Source of the DNA: the human T2T-CHM13v2.0 reference genome, Homo sapiens
DNA length: 64,000 nt
Assembly (NCBI RefSeq): GCF_009914755.1
Contig: NC_060935.1
Reading direction: 5' to 3' (one strand)
Part shown: one piece after another, positions 12,201-26,583 of the stretch
Layout: each line of letters begins with the position of its first letter
How positions within the stretch are numbered: the stretch's first letter is position 1
Notes under the pieces: model-generated
Told to the model about the DNA's origin: nothing
Database searches by the model: none
What the model saw: only the letters and a program-made list of their open reading frames with translations
Translations under genes and position numbers: made by a program

Positions 12201-14775
12201 AACCACAGGGAGCACCCTCATTCTAAGCCTCCAGAGGACTGCCTGAAGCCGCTAGATAGAAACTCCCCTAGAATGTAAGCTCCGGGGGGGAGGGAGCTTT
12301 GTTTGATGGCTGCTGTATTCCCAGTGCCCATTGAAGTACTGGGGACACATTAGATGCTTAATAAACAGCTGTTGAGTTAATCAACGGACTCTAGGAATGG
12401 AGGCAGACCGGCCCTTCTGGAACTGGAGAAAGGACAAGGCCACATTTCACCGTCTCCTCTGTTCTTGGTACCAGCCCTGGCGTCCCCGGCAACGCCAATC
12501 CTTCTCACATCCAGCTTGTGCCAAGTTTTCCTCCCTGCTCGTGTTTACACCTTCTCCCCTTTGTCTCTGTTTCCTGCTGGCCCCTGTGTGTAAGCACCCC
12601 AGCAGTCAGAGTGAGAGGAAGACGAAAGAAGCAGAATTCTGGAAATAGAGAGCTACCAGGGTGGCCTCTTCCTTCTGGAAGGACACGGAAAGATGGGGTG
12701 AGACTGGCGCTCTTCTTCAGCTCCTCCCTTTGGGAATTGGGACTTTGAGCTTCAGTTTCCTCACTTTGAAATAGCAGCTATTCCACCTGCCTCGCAGGAT
12801 TGTTGCAAGAAGTCAGGCAGGAGGCTGAAAAGTTCTGGAGCACATGATAGGTGCTACAGAAACGTTCGTTTCGTCTCCTGACTAGCATCCAACAGTCTGG
12901 GAGTGCCCCAGGTGTGGCTGAGGGTGGTTATGGTTTGATAACCACCACCAGAACACCCCTCCTTTTTTCACAAAATGCCTTGAGGAGAATTTAATGGCTG
13001 TCGAAAATTAAGGCAAGCTTCATTTCTAAAACATTCAGGAGTCAATATGTTGTGAGTCATGTATTCCGTCGGGGCCTCCACTCACTCCGGAGGGAGCTTT
13101 TCCAAGTAATTAAACAACGATGTCGTGATCAAGCTGAAGTCCACCAGCCCCAGCCTTTCCATTCGGGACCTTCTCCTGCACATGCTGCAGCTGCCTCCAA
13201 GACTACTGCGATGGAGATGAGCAGATTCTTCCTTCAGTTGTAGAGGGAGACACTGCGAAAACCTAATGCTGTCAATAACGCTTTTCATCTCGAAAGGAAG
13301 GATCCGATTTCACTCTTTTCAGCCTGATTTAAGGACCCACCAGAAAAAAACAAACTTCATGGGGTAATTAGGAAATTATCCTCTTACAAATTGGTAGATG
13401 TCGTCTTTTTTTCCTTGGGACAAGACAGAAAGGACATTGTTTGTCTTTTACCATGGTGAAGCTGCTGCGATTAACCATGCCACCTGGGGAATGGTTCACT
13501 TGTGGGTAAGCTGATAGCCTGCTGTTCCAGGGTGCGCCTGCCAAGGTACTCCAGAATAACATGTTACATCCTCTGTGCACCCCTTCCCGATGAAAGGAAA
13601 ACTTCAATCACATTTAGTTAAAGGAGCCCTTTAAACCTGGCCTGTCAATATCCTGGAGGTGGAGAATTACACCAAGGTTAAGAAAAGGTTTCCCAGAACT
13701 GGCTAGACATGTATTTGTTTAAAGGGATTAGGTGCATTCAGTCTGGGCCTGATCAATACTGCCTGTTTTGGGGTTTGTGGAAAACAGTGCAAATATCCAG
13801 AGAGAGCCTAGGAAGTCCCTAAAGACCCAAGGAAGGATTTTTTTTTTCTATTTGATAACAAGGAGAAATCCCTACTGTACAGTTTCCAAATCCTGACCTG
13901 TTTTAACTTAGGAATCTTGTGAAAAGTTATTGTAAATATAGACCAAAAGGCCAATGCTAAAATTGGAATTAACATCAACCTCCGCCTTTCACTCTGACAT
14001 ATTCTGTCTCACTCCTTTCTTACCTCTCCTGCTCTCTGTCTTACTCTGTCTCTCTGTGTCTCTCTGTGTGTCTCTCTCATACACACACAAAGCAACAACC
14101 CAACAGGCTTGACAAACCTTAGATTCATTAAGAGTCTTCTGAAGTTTTCAATATGCTAAAAGATGTACCGTAAGAATATATGTGTGTATGCGCATATATG
14201 TTAGCATTTCTGTTTAGCACTTGGTATACTCCAAAAGCTCTTACACACATTTTCTCACTGTGGCAGGTGTTATTATCCACAATTTTACCAAAGAGTAGAC
14301 TGAGACTGAGACTCGGGGAGGTGAAGTGACTTGGGTAACAGTGTGCCGTCAGGGTACGGTACAGCCAGGAGTGAATCTGCCCTCCCAGCACATTAGAAAT
14401 GACCATCATCTCATGCAGCTCTGCATGAAAAGACTCCCATAGTTAAATTACCACTCTATAGTAAAGCCCTGATTGCAGTTTCATCTGCGTCCCCTTCCAG
14501 AAGTATTTGCAATTCATTATCCAAATGAGAAAAGCTGTTAGTAAAAATTTCAGGTACCAGTAACAGGCTAAATAAACAAACATTAGGGTTTAAGATGAGT
14601 CAGGGACTCTTGAGTTGCGAAAGTTGGCAGGAGTTTTGTTTCTAGGAGCCTCTACAAGCCTCCTGGATGCCACTCTGCCTTCAGCCTCTCCCCTTCCAAT
14701 CTGCTCTATGCGGTGCGGACTACTTGCCTCAACAGACCCAGACATACGAGCATCAGAAGGGAGGACTCCCTAGCG

Positions 14776-14964
14776 CAGTGGCTCCCTGAGTGTGGTCCCA
14801 GGACTGGCAGAAGCAGCATCACCTGGGAGCTTAATAGAGATGCCAATCCTCAGGCCCTGCCCCAGTGCTGCTAAATCAGAAACTATGGGAGAGGGGCCCA
14901 GCGATCTGTGTTTTAACAAGCCTTCCTGGTAATGCTGGTACACACTAAAGTGTGAGTACCACTG
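14776..14964. mobile_element. MER5A (hAT-Charlie MITE)
   Basis: cagtggctccctgagtgtggtccc...gcagcatcacctgggagctt...aaatcagaaact...gttttaacaagcc...aaagtgtgagtaccactg with CAGTGG/CCACTG TIRs. Confidence 0.85.
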
Positions 14965-15423
14965 ACTATTGCCTACAAGAGAGTGCCCAGACACCTCCCA
15001 GACCTCCCTAACTGAACCTAACAGGTTCCTCTCCTCTAACCACACTCACCTAACACTCACTGTTCTCTGAACATTTCTTTTTCATGTATCTTTGATGCCC
15101 TGTTCCTGTCATTTTGAATGGCATTTCCTTCTTCCCTGCCTGACAAACTTGTATTTATCATTTAAAGCCCAATTCAAAGATCTCTCCCTCTCGAGACTTC
15201 ACGTGTTTTCTCTCTGCTGAGTTTTAGTTACTCCTTCCGTACCTCCCCTGATGGCACCCGTGCATACCTCAATAGCATCACCACATCGCGTTCTTTGGCA
15301 TGAGACTCATGGTGGACTGGAATCTCAAGGTAGCCCCCGTACGTAGTGTTGTGCCAGGAATGTAGTAGATATTTAATAAATCCAGACTGATTAAATGAAT
15401 AAGTGAATGCATGAGCTCAAGTA

Positions 15424-15742
15424 CAGTCATTCTTTGGTGTCCCTAGAGGATTCATCTTAGCACCTTCCCAGGATACCAAAATCCACAGATGCCCAAGTCC
15501 CTGATATAAAATGGCACAGTATTTGCATATAACCTATGCACTTCCTCCATATACTTTACATCATCTCTAGGTTACTTATAATACCCAATACAGTGTAATG
15601 CTATATGAATCATTATACCTTATTGTTGAGGGAAAAATGGCAAGAAAAAAGAGTCTGTACATGTTCGGTACAGATGCAACTTTTTCAACATTTTCCATCT
15701 GAGGTGGGTTGAATTCATGGATGTGGACCCCACGGAGAGCTG
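15424..15742. mobile_element. MER2 (TcMar-Tigger MITE)
   Basis: gataccaaaatccacagatgcccaagtccctgatataaaatggc...tttgcatataacctatgcac...catctctag; TA on both sides (ta-cagtc ... agctg-ta). Confidence 0.85.
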
Positions 15743-17039
15743 TATTCTATCAGGCCTCATTGAGTACTCAAAATAGGCAACTGGCCTGTGAGCACATGGC
15801 TGGTTACTTCAGAGCCTGATCTGACCTCCAGGCATCCTGACTCCTAGCCAGGGTAGTCTGTGAAGTTTTGTTTGTTTCACCTGGGCGCCATGTCTTTAGG
15901 TTATGTAACTGTTAGACAGGAGTCATTTTTGGCTACTTTGTGACAGATAAATATATCAAATGCTCAAAACAGGTACAGTTCTTCCCTTGCAGCTGTGGAG
16001 CTGTGACTGTTGAGGCCACAGCCTGTATTGGTTATCTTCGCATCTCTCTGTGTTTGTAGTTGTAAATGGCAGCGACCTATCGCAGTGGTATCTAGACCAA
16101 CTATTAAACCATTTATAATGCCCAGAAACCAATTTGTAGCATCCAGCAATTAGTTCCATTCATGTTTTTAATTTTTTTCCTTTGAAGTTTAATAGACGGT
16201 TATTATGATGTAGTCTTCACTGCCTCCAAGTCTGCAGGCTGTGTGCAGCCTCAGTCAGCAGCCAGAGAAAATTAGACTCTACAGAGAAACGATGTAACCT
16301 AAAGCGATGCTTTGGATTCCATTTCTGAGCCTGTTGCCCTGCCCAGGTCATTGTCCATGAAGAGAGTTAGGACGAAAGGAGATTTGGAATACATACATTT
16401 AGCGAGCCTTACTATGTGCTGGGCACTGGGGCCACACAGAGAGCAAGAGTTGGTACCTCCCTTCACAGAGCTTCTAGACTGGTGGGGGAAGGGAAGAAAG
16501 GTTGAGAAGACGAATTTGCAGTCTAGTGGGCTGTGTGCAATGACAGAGGAAGCTCAGGGCAGGGAGCTCAAGGGTGAGGAGCAGTTAGCCAGCTAGACAT
16601 GCGGAGGGAGACTGCTCTGGGCAGGGAAGCTGGGAGGTGAGAGAGAGGTGGTGCTTCTGAAGAACTCAAAGTCGTGCACATGGCTGGGCTTAGCACGGCA
16701 GACTCTGGAGCTTCTGGAGCTACATCTGGGGTGTGATGCCTTGAAGTCCTCATGCATTTACCCGAAGAAGATAATGCTGGTTTCACTTTAAAATGCCAGG
16801 TCATGAAAGGCTGAGATAAATGACAGTCTGGTGCTAGGACAGAAGGGGACAGGAGGGGCATAATTTCTCAGTAGTGCTGTCCTTGTGGATGACCAGCACA
16901 GGCAAAAGTTTGCCCAAAGTGCACTTTGTGTCAAGGAGAATGTCTCTTGAAGCCATCTGTGGCTTTGGGGACTAAGGAGGTTGGGGAGGCAGGGCGCTGT
17001 GAATAATAGGATTATAATTTACCATTAATTGTCAACCTT

Positions 17040-18060
17040 TCTCTTTCTACTTGTTCCTTCCCCAGTGCTTATAAAACATACTTAAAAGTCTCTCATTCTT
17101 AAAAAAAAAATCAGCCTAACTAAATATAAGCCATCCTTCACCTCGTTATGCTTGCAAGATCTCTCTTTATCTCTTCCCTTCCTTTGATAACAAAGTTCCT
17201 AAAAAAAAAAAAAATGTACACTCACCTCTCCTTTCCTGTATTTTTTTTCATAGACAGTGCCAGGCTTGTGTCTACACTCCACAAAGCCACTATGACAACA
17301 GTCACCAGTGCCCTCCATGGCAAGTTCCAATGGGCTCATTTGTTCATTCAACAAGAATTACATGTAACTACTGTGAAGCAGGCAGTGTTCCAGGCATGGG
17401 GATGTACTGGTGTAAAGGCTTCTTGGTGCTTATGTTTTCAGGAACTCCTTTTAGTTCTTAGGTATCTATAGCATTTGCCATGACTGGGCTTCACCTTCTG
17501 GAAACACTCTCATATCCCATGACAAAATGTCCTGTGGTTGTCCTTCTGTCTTTCTTATTGTTCCTTCTCAGTCTCCTTTGCAGATTCCTCTTCCTCTACC
17601 TATTCATTAAAGCTTGGTAGTAAGTAGGTTGTAGGCTCAAGACTAACCCTCCAAGATTTTATCTTTCCTTGACTTTTCCTTGATTTTAGTTCTCAAACAT
17701 GTATCTCAGGATCCATATAAACAGCTGCCTGTGGATGTATACTCCATGAACAGCACCTCAATGTCAACCAAACCAAAGCTGAGCCCCCATCTGCTTCTTC
17801 TCCTGAGTTTCCCATCACTGTGAATACTCTGTGCATCCAGGGAAGCTGGGAGACATCTTGGACTCGTCGTTTTTCCTATCCCCATGCTCCCTATGCCCAC
17901 AGCCTCGGTCCTAGTTTAGGGCCCTCATCACCTCTCCTGGAACATTGCCATAGTCTCCTGCCCACAGATTGATCCCATTCAACTCATCAGCCACTCTGTT
18001 GGCAGAATGCTCTTCCTAAATTGCAAATTTGGCCATGTCCTTTCCTGATAGTCTCCATCT
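17040..18060 (+). mobile_element. L2 LINE fragment (continues 19425-19760 after the Charlie1a insertion)
   Basis: Pyrimidine-rich L2 motifs (gtcaccagtgccctccatggcaagttccaatgg; cacctcaatgtcaaccaaaccaaagctgagc; ccatgtcctttcctg). Confidence 0.7.
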
Positions 18061-18067
18061 TATCTAA

Positions 18068-19421
18068 CAACAGTTCTCAAAGTATAATGTGGAACCCCAA
18101 GACACTTTCAGAGGGTACCTGAGGTCAAAACTATTTTCATAATAATAATAAGAGATTATTTAGCCTTTTCACTGTGTTGATATTTCCATGATGGTGGAAA
18201 AGCAATAGTGGGCAAATCAGTAGATGCCTCAGCACAATTTAAGGCATAGAACAAAACTATACTATAACCTAGTGTTTGTATCTTTACCTCATGCATTTGC
18301 AGAAGAAAAAAAGCTAGTTTCACTTAAAAATGCCACTATGAAGCAGTAAAAATATTAACTTCTTAAAATCTCAGCCCTTCAATGAGTACCTTTTAAATAT
18401 TCTGCGTGTCAAAATGCAAAGTACTCATAAACGATTCTGCTACATACCAAAGTACAGTGGTTGTCTCGGAAAAGCATTTGTGTGATCATTTGAGTTGCAA
18501 GCTAAACTACCTTTCTTTTCTTCTACCTAACATCATTTTTACTTGAAAGCATGACTGACTGACAGACTGTGGTTATTCAGACTTGGGTATTTGGCAGTTA
18601 TAATCTCAAAAATTAATAAAGTGAGCTTGTCACTTCAAGGAAAACAACTAGCAGTGTTTGTTGCCAATGATAAAATGTGATCTTTCAAGCAAAAATGAGA
18701 ATTTTGGAAAACATGCATCTGTCACCATAAGCATGACAGCTTCCCAACACTTAATGACTTTTCTGATGAGATTGGTGGTGATATTAAGAAACATGTGGAG
18801 TTTGTTTTGGGTCTTGTAAAATGAGATGCATTAACATTTGGAAGACTTACATAACTCAGCCAATATTTTCCAAATAACTAATAGTGGATATTACAAAATC
18901 ATGCACACATTTAAAAAAAAGTCTATTCAGGTACACGATGGACCAATGGATTTTAATGTAACAGATTTTGAAACACTTGTTAATACGGCTTCAGATTCCA
19001 CATTGCAACTAACTTTTGAGAAACTACCAGTTATCCAGTTTTAGTATGGTATCAAAGAATATCCATAATGATCTAAAAAGTCTTCTCCCTTTTCCAGCTT
19101 TCTATATGAGGCAAGCTTTTCTTCATACACTTCAAACAAAACAACATATTGTAAAAAATTGAAATCCAGCTATCTTCTAGCAAACCAGACATCTCTTACA
19201 TTTTTTTTATCGTGGACAATACAAATATGTTATCTATATTAACATGTCATGGCCTTATTACTATTACTTTTAAATAAGTAACAAAATACTTAATATCCCT
19301 GGTTTTAATTTTGAATATAATAAATATCTATATAACACACATGAACACAAAATCCTTTGGGTCTCCAATAATTTTTAAAAGTATAAAGGCATCATAAAGC
19401 CCAAAAGTTAGGAAATTACTG
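18068..19421 (+). mobile_element. Charlie1a-like hAT DNA transposon
   Basis: gttctcaaagt...gaggtcaaaactattttcataata; transposase remnants (ttattcagacttgggtatttggcag, cacttcaaggaaaacaact, ttgccaatgataaaat); terminal aaaagttaggaaattactg. Confidence 0.85.
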
Positions 19422-19829
19422 GCCTGCAGGATTGAGGTCTCAACTTCACTACACAACATTCATTCTTTGGCCTCTGCACCTTTCCCGCCCCAGTCCTCCA
19501 TCATACCCCGTCACCCCTATAGCGTCACGACCCCTCCTGCTTCTGCCTCAGCAGTACTGCCAGCCTCCCCAGGTGCCAAGCTGGCTCCAGGCTTTACACC
19601 TTTGCTCACCCTCTGCTAGGCTGACATTTCCATATTTGTTTTGTCTAGTCTTTTTTACCGTCATTCAGACGCCCATTCATTCTTCAAACACACTCCCTCC
19701 TTGTGTGCCCTCGACAGTTCTCTTCAAGCACCTGCAGCACGTCAGTGCTGGTTCTCCTGTTTGACCTCCAGGCTTGCCATGGGTAAAATTGTGGACATTT
19801 CCCTAAGACAGGTGAGGGTTGTTTCTCAT

Positions 19830-21010
19830 GTTTTACTGTTACTAACAAAGCCACCTTAGACATGCTCGTACATGTCTTTCTGGGCACTTGTGCAAGAGGT
19901 TCTGAAGGAGATCCCTGGAGGGGGAATTACTGGGTCAGAAGGTTTGTGCAGCTTCACCTTTACCAAGCATTGCTAAGCTGTCTCCAAATTGATTATACTG
20001 GTATATACTACCATCAGCAAGAAGTCAAACCTGAATTCTCTATGTTCTTGCCGACACTTAATGTAATCAGACTATTTTTTTTTTCTAAACTGACAGCTAT
20101 AAAATTTCAATGATCTTTTAGGTAACTACTAACACAGAGAAAATCATTCTATAATCCACTTGGGTTTCCTGTTCTGTGAATTGTTCAGAAATATCCTGTT
20201 TGTTTTTCTTTTGGGTTGTCCTTTTCTTACTGACTTGTAATTCTTTATGTATTCTGGATATTAATCTTTTCCCTGCCCTCTGCACCTCAAATTTCTCCTC
20301 TCTGTGTGTGGCTGGTCTTTTAACGTGGCCTATGGAGTTTTCTATTGTATAGGAGTTTTACAATTTAATACAACCAAATTTAGCAGTCTTTTCCTTTATA
20401 GCTTAAACTTTTTGTGTATTGTCTAATGGATTCTTCCCCATCCCAAGTTCATAAGCTATTGCATATATTTTTGTGTAAAACATTGAGAGTTTTACTTTTT
20501 ACATTCAGGTCTTTATTCCTGAATTTATTTTTTGGTAAGGTGTAAAGAAGAAATCTACTTTTATATTTTCCCACATTATAATCAAATTGTATAAATATTC
20601 ACTTTGTGGATTTGGCTCAAATCCTTTAGCTCTCATCGTGCCTATGTGTCACAGGTTTGATTGCTACTGTTTTCACTGTTACTATTATAAATACTTTCTA
20701 ACACCCATTATGATTTCTTTTTTGAACTAGGGATTTTCTAGAAGTGTGCTTATATTGTCCAAATGTAAGAGGGTAGAATGGTTTGTCTATTTTTTATTGT
20801 TAATTCATACCTATGAAATTGTGTATTGTGCTTGAACAATCTTGTCTAATTATATGAACTGGGATTTTTTTGGTATTTTTTGAAACTTGCTTTGTGGTTA
20901 GTACATGGTAAAATTTTATAAATATGCCAGAATGCTTGAAAGAATGTATGTTCTCTAATAGTTGGAAGCCAAGTTATGAATTCTTTCACTTAGACCAAAC
21001 TTATTACCTA
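19830..21010 (-). mobile_element. Old L1M (L1ME-like) fragments
   Basis: Antisense ORF2 C-terminal motifs (ggaattactgggtca, tattctggatattaatc, tttacattcaggtcttt), T-rich. Confidence 0.65.
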
Positions 21011-21306
21011 TACTATTCTATCTTTTCCCATAGGATTATGGATTTCTCCTCATAGTGCTGTACATTTTTGGTCTCTCCATATGCATATTTAAGGCTAGGT
21101 GATTGCATACTACTGGGCTTTCTGAGGAGGTCTCCCACAGATAACACCCTCTTTCCTGCCTGGGTCTGAACAAATTGAGAAATAAAACAAAAAGTAAAGA
21201 TACAGCTTAAAATATCACCTTTACTTTTAACTTGATTGTTGAAAACCTCCTCCACAGTGAATGCTCTCTGGTGTTCACCCTATAAGTAACTGTCCTTAGG
21301 TCAACA

Positions 21307-23666
21307 CAAGCATACCCCAGAATTATTGCAGGTTTAGTTCCAGACCACCACAATCAAATGAATATCACAATAAAGTGAGTCACTTGAATTTTTTGGTTTC
21401 CCAGTACACGTAAAATTATGTTTACATGATACTGTAGTTTATTAAGTGTGCAACAGCATTAGGTCTAAAAAATAATGTACACAGTTTAATTTTAAAATAA
21501 TGTATTGCTAAAAGAATGCTAATCATCATCTGAGCTTTCAGAGAGTCACAACCTTATTGCTGGTGGAGGGTCTTGTCTCAGTGTTGACAGTGGATGACTG
21601 ATCAGAGTGGTGGTTGCTGAAGGTTGGGGTGGCTGCGGCAATTTCTTAAAATAAGGCAATGAGGTTTGCCACATTGATTGATTCTTCCTTACATGAAAGA
21701 TTTCTCCGTAGCATGCAGTGCTGTTTGATAGCATTTTACCCACAACAGAACTTCTTTCAAAACTGGAGTGAATCCTCTCAAATCCTGCCACTGCTTTATC
21801 AACTAAGTTCATGGGATATTCTGAATCCCTTGTTGTCATTTCAACAATATTCACAGCATCTTCACCAGGAGTAGATTCCATCTCAAGAAACCACTTTCTT
21901 TGCTCATCCATAAGAAGCAACTGCTCATCTGTTAGTTTTATCATGAGATTGCAGCAATTCAGCCACATCTTCAGCCTCCACTTCCAATCCTAGTTCTTAC
22001 TATTTCCACCACATCTGCAGTTATTTCCTCCACTGAACTCCTGAAGCCCTCAAAGTCATCGAGGAGGCTTGGAATCAACTTCTTCCAAATTCCTGTGAAT
22101 GTGGATATTTTTGCCTTCTCTCATGAATCACACATGTTCTTAATGGCATCTAGAATGGTGAATTCTGTCCAGAAAGTTTTCACTTTACTTTTCTCAGATC
22201 CATCAGAGGAATCACTATTTATGGCAGCTATAGCCTTACAAAATGTATTTCTTAAATAATAATATTTAAAATTCAAAATTACTCCTTTATTCATGGGGTG
22301 CAAAATCAATGTTATGTTAGCAGGCATGAAAACATTAATCTCCTTGTACATCTCCATCAGAGCTCTTGGATGTCCAGGTGCATTTTCAATGAGCAGTAAT
22401 ACTTTGAAAGGGATCTTTTTTCTGAGAAGCAGGTCTCAACAGTGGGCTTAAAATATTCATCAAGCCATGCTGTAAACAGATGCACTGTCATCCAGGCTTT
22501 GTTTTTCCATGTATATAGCACAGACAGAATTGATTTAGCATAATTCTTAAGGGCCCTAGGATCTTCAGAATGGTCAATGAGCATTGTCTTCAACTTCAAG
22601 ATACCAGCTGCATTTGACCCTAACTAAAGAGTCAGTCTATGCTTTGAAGCTTTGAAGCCAGACATTGACTTATCCTCTGTTTCTATGAAAGTCCTAAATG
22701 GCACCTTCTTCCACTAGCAGGTTGCTTCATCTGCATTGAAGATCTGTTGTTTAGTGTAGCCACCTTCATCAATTATCTTAGCTAGATCTTCTGGATAATT
22801 TGCTGACGCTTCTACATCAGCACTTGCTGCTTCACTTTGCACTTTTATATTGTGGAGATGGCTTCTTTCTTTAAACCTCATGAACCAACCTCTGATAGCT
22901 TCCCACTTTTCTTCTAAGCTTCCTCACTTCTCTGTTTTCATAGAATTGAAGAGAGTTACAACCTCGCTCTGGATTAGGCTTTGCCTTAAGGGAACGCTGT
23001 GATCAGCTTGATCTTCTATCCAGACCACTCAAACTTTCTGCACATCAGCAATAAGGCTGTTTCACTTTATTATCATTCATGTGTTCACAAGAGTAACATG
23101 TTTAATTTCCTTCAAGAACTTTTCCTTTGCATTCACAACTTAGCTAACTGGTTCAAGATACCTAGCTTTTGGCCTGTCTTAGCTTTCAACATGCCTTCCT
23201 CACTAAGCCTAATCATTTCTAGCTTTTGCTTTAAAGAGAATGTGACTCTTCCTTTCACTTGAACATTTAGAAACCATTGCAGGGTTATTAACTAGTCTAA
23301 TTTCAATATTGCTGTGTCTCAGGGAGTAGAGAGACCTGAGCAGAGGAAGAGAGATGGGGGAATGGCTGGTCAGTGGGGCAGTCAGAACACACACATTTAT
23401 TGATTAAGTTCTTACATGGTGTAGTTTGTGCCTCCCAAAAACAATTACAATGGTAACATCAAAGATCACTGATCATCATTACAGAATAATAATAATGAAA
23501 AAGTTTGAAATATTGCAAGAATTATCAAAATATGACATGGAAATATAAAGTGAGAAAATGCTGTTGGAAAAATGGTGCCAATAGACTTCAATCTGTTAAA
23601 AACAGAATACCTTAACTTAACTGTGAAGCACAGTTAAGTGAAGCACAATAGCACAAGGTAGGCCTG
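21307..23666 (-). mobile_element. Near full-length Tigger1 DNA transposon (decayed pogo-type transposase)
   Basis: Termini caagcatacc... and ...ggtaggcctg-TA. Transposase fragments [70 protein letters not shown]. Length ~2.36 kb. Confidence 0.95.
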
Positions 23667-23902
23667 TATAGATTCGTACCTCAAGCCATCTTTCCTTCCA
23701 TACAAAGGGGAAACCAGATATATTCCAGATGTTCTGCCCACTGGGGTGACTTCCCTTTATCACAGTTCTTAAGGGCATTCCTGGGTAGAATTGCATTGCC
23801 ACGCAGGTGTTATCCACTTCCAGCCAGCCAGCACCAACATACTATGCACATCCATTTTACCACTGGGCCTGTGATTATTCCTTCTCTATTAATTGGTCAT
23901 TA

Positions 23903-24288
<386 letters not shown>

Positions 24289-26226
24289 CTAAGCCACCTG
24301 CTCATGGAATTTATCTGTGCATTCTGGATCTGCCATATCCATTTAACATACTGCCCATGTCCAATTTTATTATTTAGAGGATCAGAGAATATCCAGTTCA
24401 TGATGGGTGTTTCAGATCACAGTTACGGTATCTTTTGGTCAGGCATTCCGTTTCTGCAGAGCATGTTAGCAATCCAAGAACTGATTTTCATAGTTATTAG
24501 CAAAGATGGACAGGCTTACTCCAAATCCCTAGGGGTCTGTGCTGTAATTCTCTCATTGGGTCCTAGTAGAGTTTCTATAAAGCATCCCTGTCTGTCAGAA
24601 ACATTTTAGTTGCCATTGGAACTGATAGGTCATAAGGCACATGTGTCAGGGTAGCTTACACAGTGGTCTGGGTCTGTTTTATAGTTTCTTGCTCCAGGAC
24701 TTATTCAAAACTGACAGCTTTATAAATTACCTGGTAAATATATTAATGTGGTAGATATTTGCCTGCAGTATCTAAAGCAATACATCAAGTACTATGCTTC
24801 TTTCTTCATGGCGGGCAGTTCAACATACAGAGTCTTGTCTCTCACTTATAGGAGGATATCCTGACGTAATCTAGGCCCAGGGCCTTTTTTACTGATTTTT
24901 CTGTCTTCTGAAGTTTTATGGGGCTTATCTCTCATCTTCTGGCATGCATATGTCTTATTAAGACATTTAAGGTATGTGATACTTCCTGTCCACCAGATCT
25001 AATTAGCATAATAACCAGAATAATGTTCTGTAGAATATCAAGATGCTCAAGATCCCGCAATATTATATTATGACAGAGAGCAGGAGATTGACATGACTCT
25101 GAGGAAAGACCGTGAAAGTGCACTGCTGACCCTTCCAACTGAAAGCAAACCTTCTGATTTGTTTCTGATTATCTTTATTGATGTATATACAAAAAATTAA
25201 AAAAACTCTAAAACAACAATGTGAATGTAAATTGTGCATTTTAAAATCATTAAAATGGTAAATTTCATGTTTAAAAAAAAAGAATAGAAAATATCTGCTA
25301 GGTCAATAGCTGTATACCAGGTGCCAGAAGTTCTGTTGACTTTCACCAGTAAATATTCCACATTAAGAACAGCAGCTTGAATTGGAGTTACCACATGATT
25401 AAGTCTGAAATAATCCACAGTCATCCTCAAAGACCCACATAGCTCTTTCACCAGCAAAACATGTTCATTAAAGGGTGATGCCATAGGAATCACTACCTCC
25501 TGCCTTTTAAAAGTTCTTAGTGGAGGAAATATATCTGAAATTCCCCTATAGAAAGTCAGTTTCAAGGACCCCTTTTTGGTGCTTCTTAACCTAACAGCTC
25601 TCACTCCACAGATCAGAGAACCAATATGGAGATTCTGCTGGTTACTACGCATTTCTAAGTTACACTATACAGTCTGGCGTAGGAATGACAGTAGGTTAGG
25701 TTCCTTAATTTATTGAGATGAGTTTGAGTCAGGAGTCCATCTATCACCTAACATTCATAAGTCTTCACTCTTGCCAATGAACTCCGAGGCATTTATGGAA
25801 CTCTAGAGATTAGAATCAGCTCAAAGTCACTGTCCAAGAATACCCAAATGTTCTGCTTATTTCTCTGTCATCAGTGCAGTCACTCTGGTAAATGGATGCT
25901 GGTTTCTTGGGGAAAGACATGAAGAAATATTTACAATATATACATGTGATAACACTCAAGCACCCTTTCCCAAAGGGGCTCAACTTTCTCCTCAATCGGG
26001 AGACTCCAAGTCTTTTTGAACAGACTTACGTCTGATAATTGGGTAAGAGACTATGAAACCCTATTACAATGTCTTGATTTCTATTTTTGTCTACTAGACT
26101 TAGAATACTTCCACTTTTACATTTCAATTAGCACTTTGGCAGACTGCCTAGCCATTCTATTCCTTTGCGTCCTTGATCTATTTGCCATCATTTAGATCCA
26201 TGTGAGTAAAAATATAGATCACCCCA

Positions 26227-26583
26227 TCTTAGTCCATTTAAGCTGCTGTAACAAAATTATACAGACTTGGTGTCTTATAAAAAACAGATATTTATTTTTC
26301 ATAGTTTTAGGGGCTGGGAAGTCCAAGGTCAAGGTGCCAGGAGATTCAGTGTCTGGTGAGGGCCAGGCTTCATAAACAGCTCCTTCTTTCTGTGTCCTCA
26401 CATGGCAGAAGAAGCCAGAGGTCCTCTCTCAGGCCTGTTTTATAAGGGCACAATCCCATTCATGAGGACTCCTCCCTCATGACCTACTCACCTTCCAAAG
26501 GCCCTACTCCTAGTACCATTACCTTGGGGGCTAGGGTTTTAACATTTAAATTTTGAGGAGACACAAACATTCAGACCATGGCA
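26227..26583 (-). mobile_element. MLT1A/MLT1A0 solo LTR (ERVL-MaLR)
   Basis: tcttagtccatttaagctgctgtaacaaaa...gggaagtccaaggtcaaggtgccag...gacacaaacattcagaccatggca. Confidence 0.85.
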
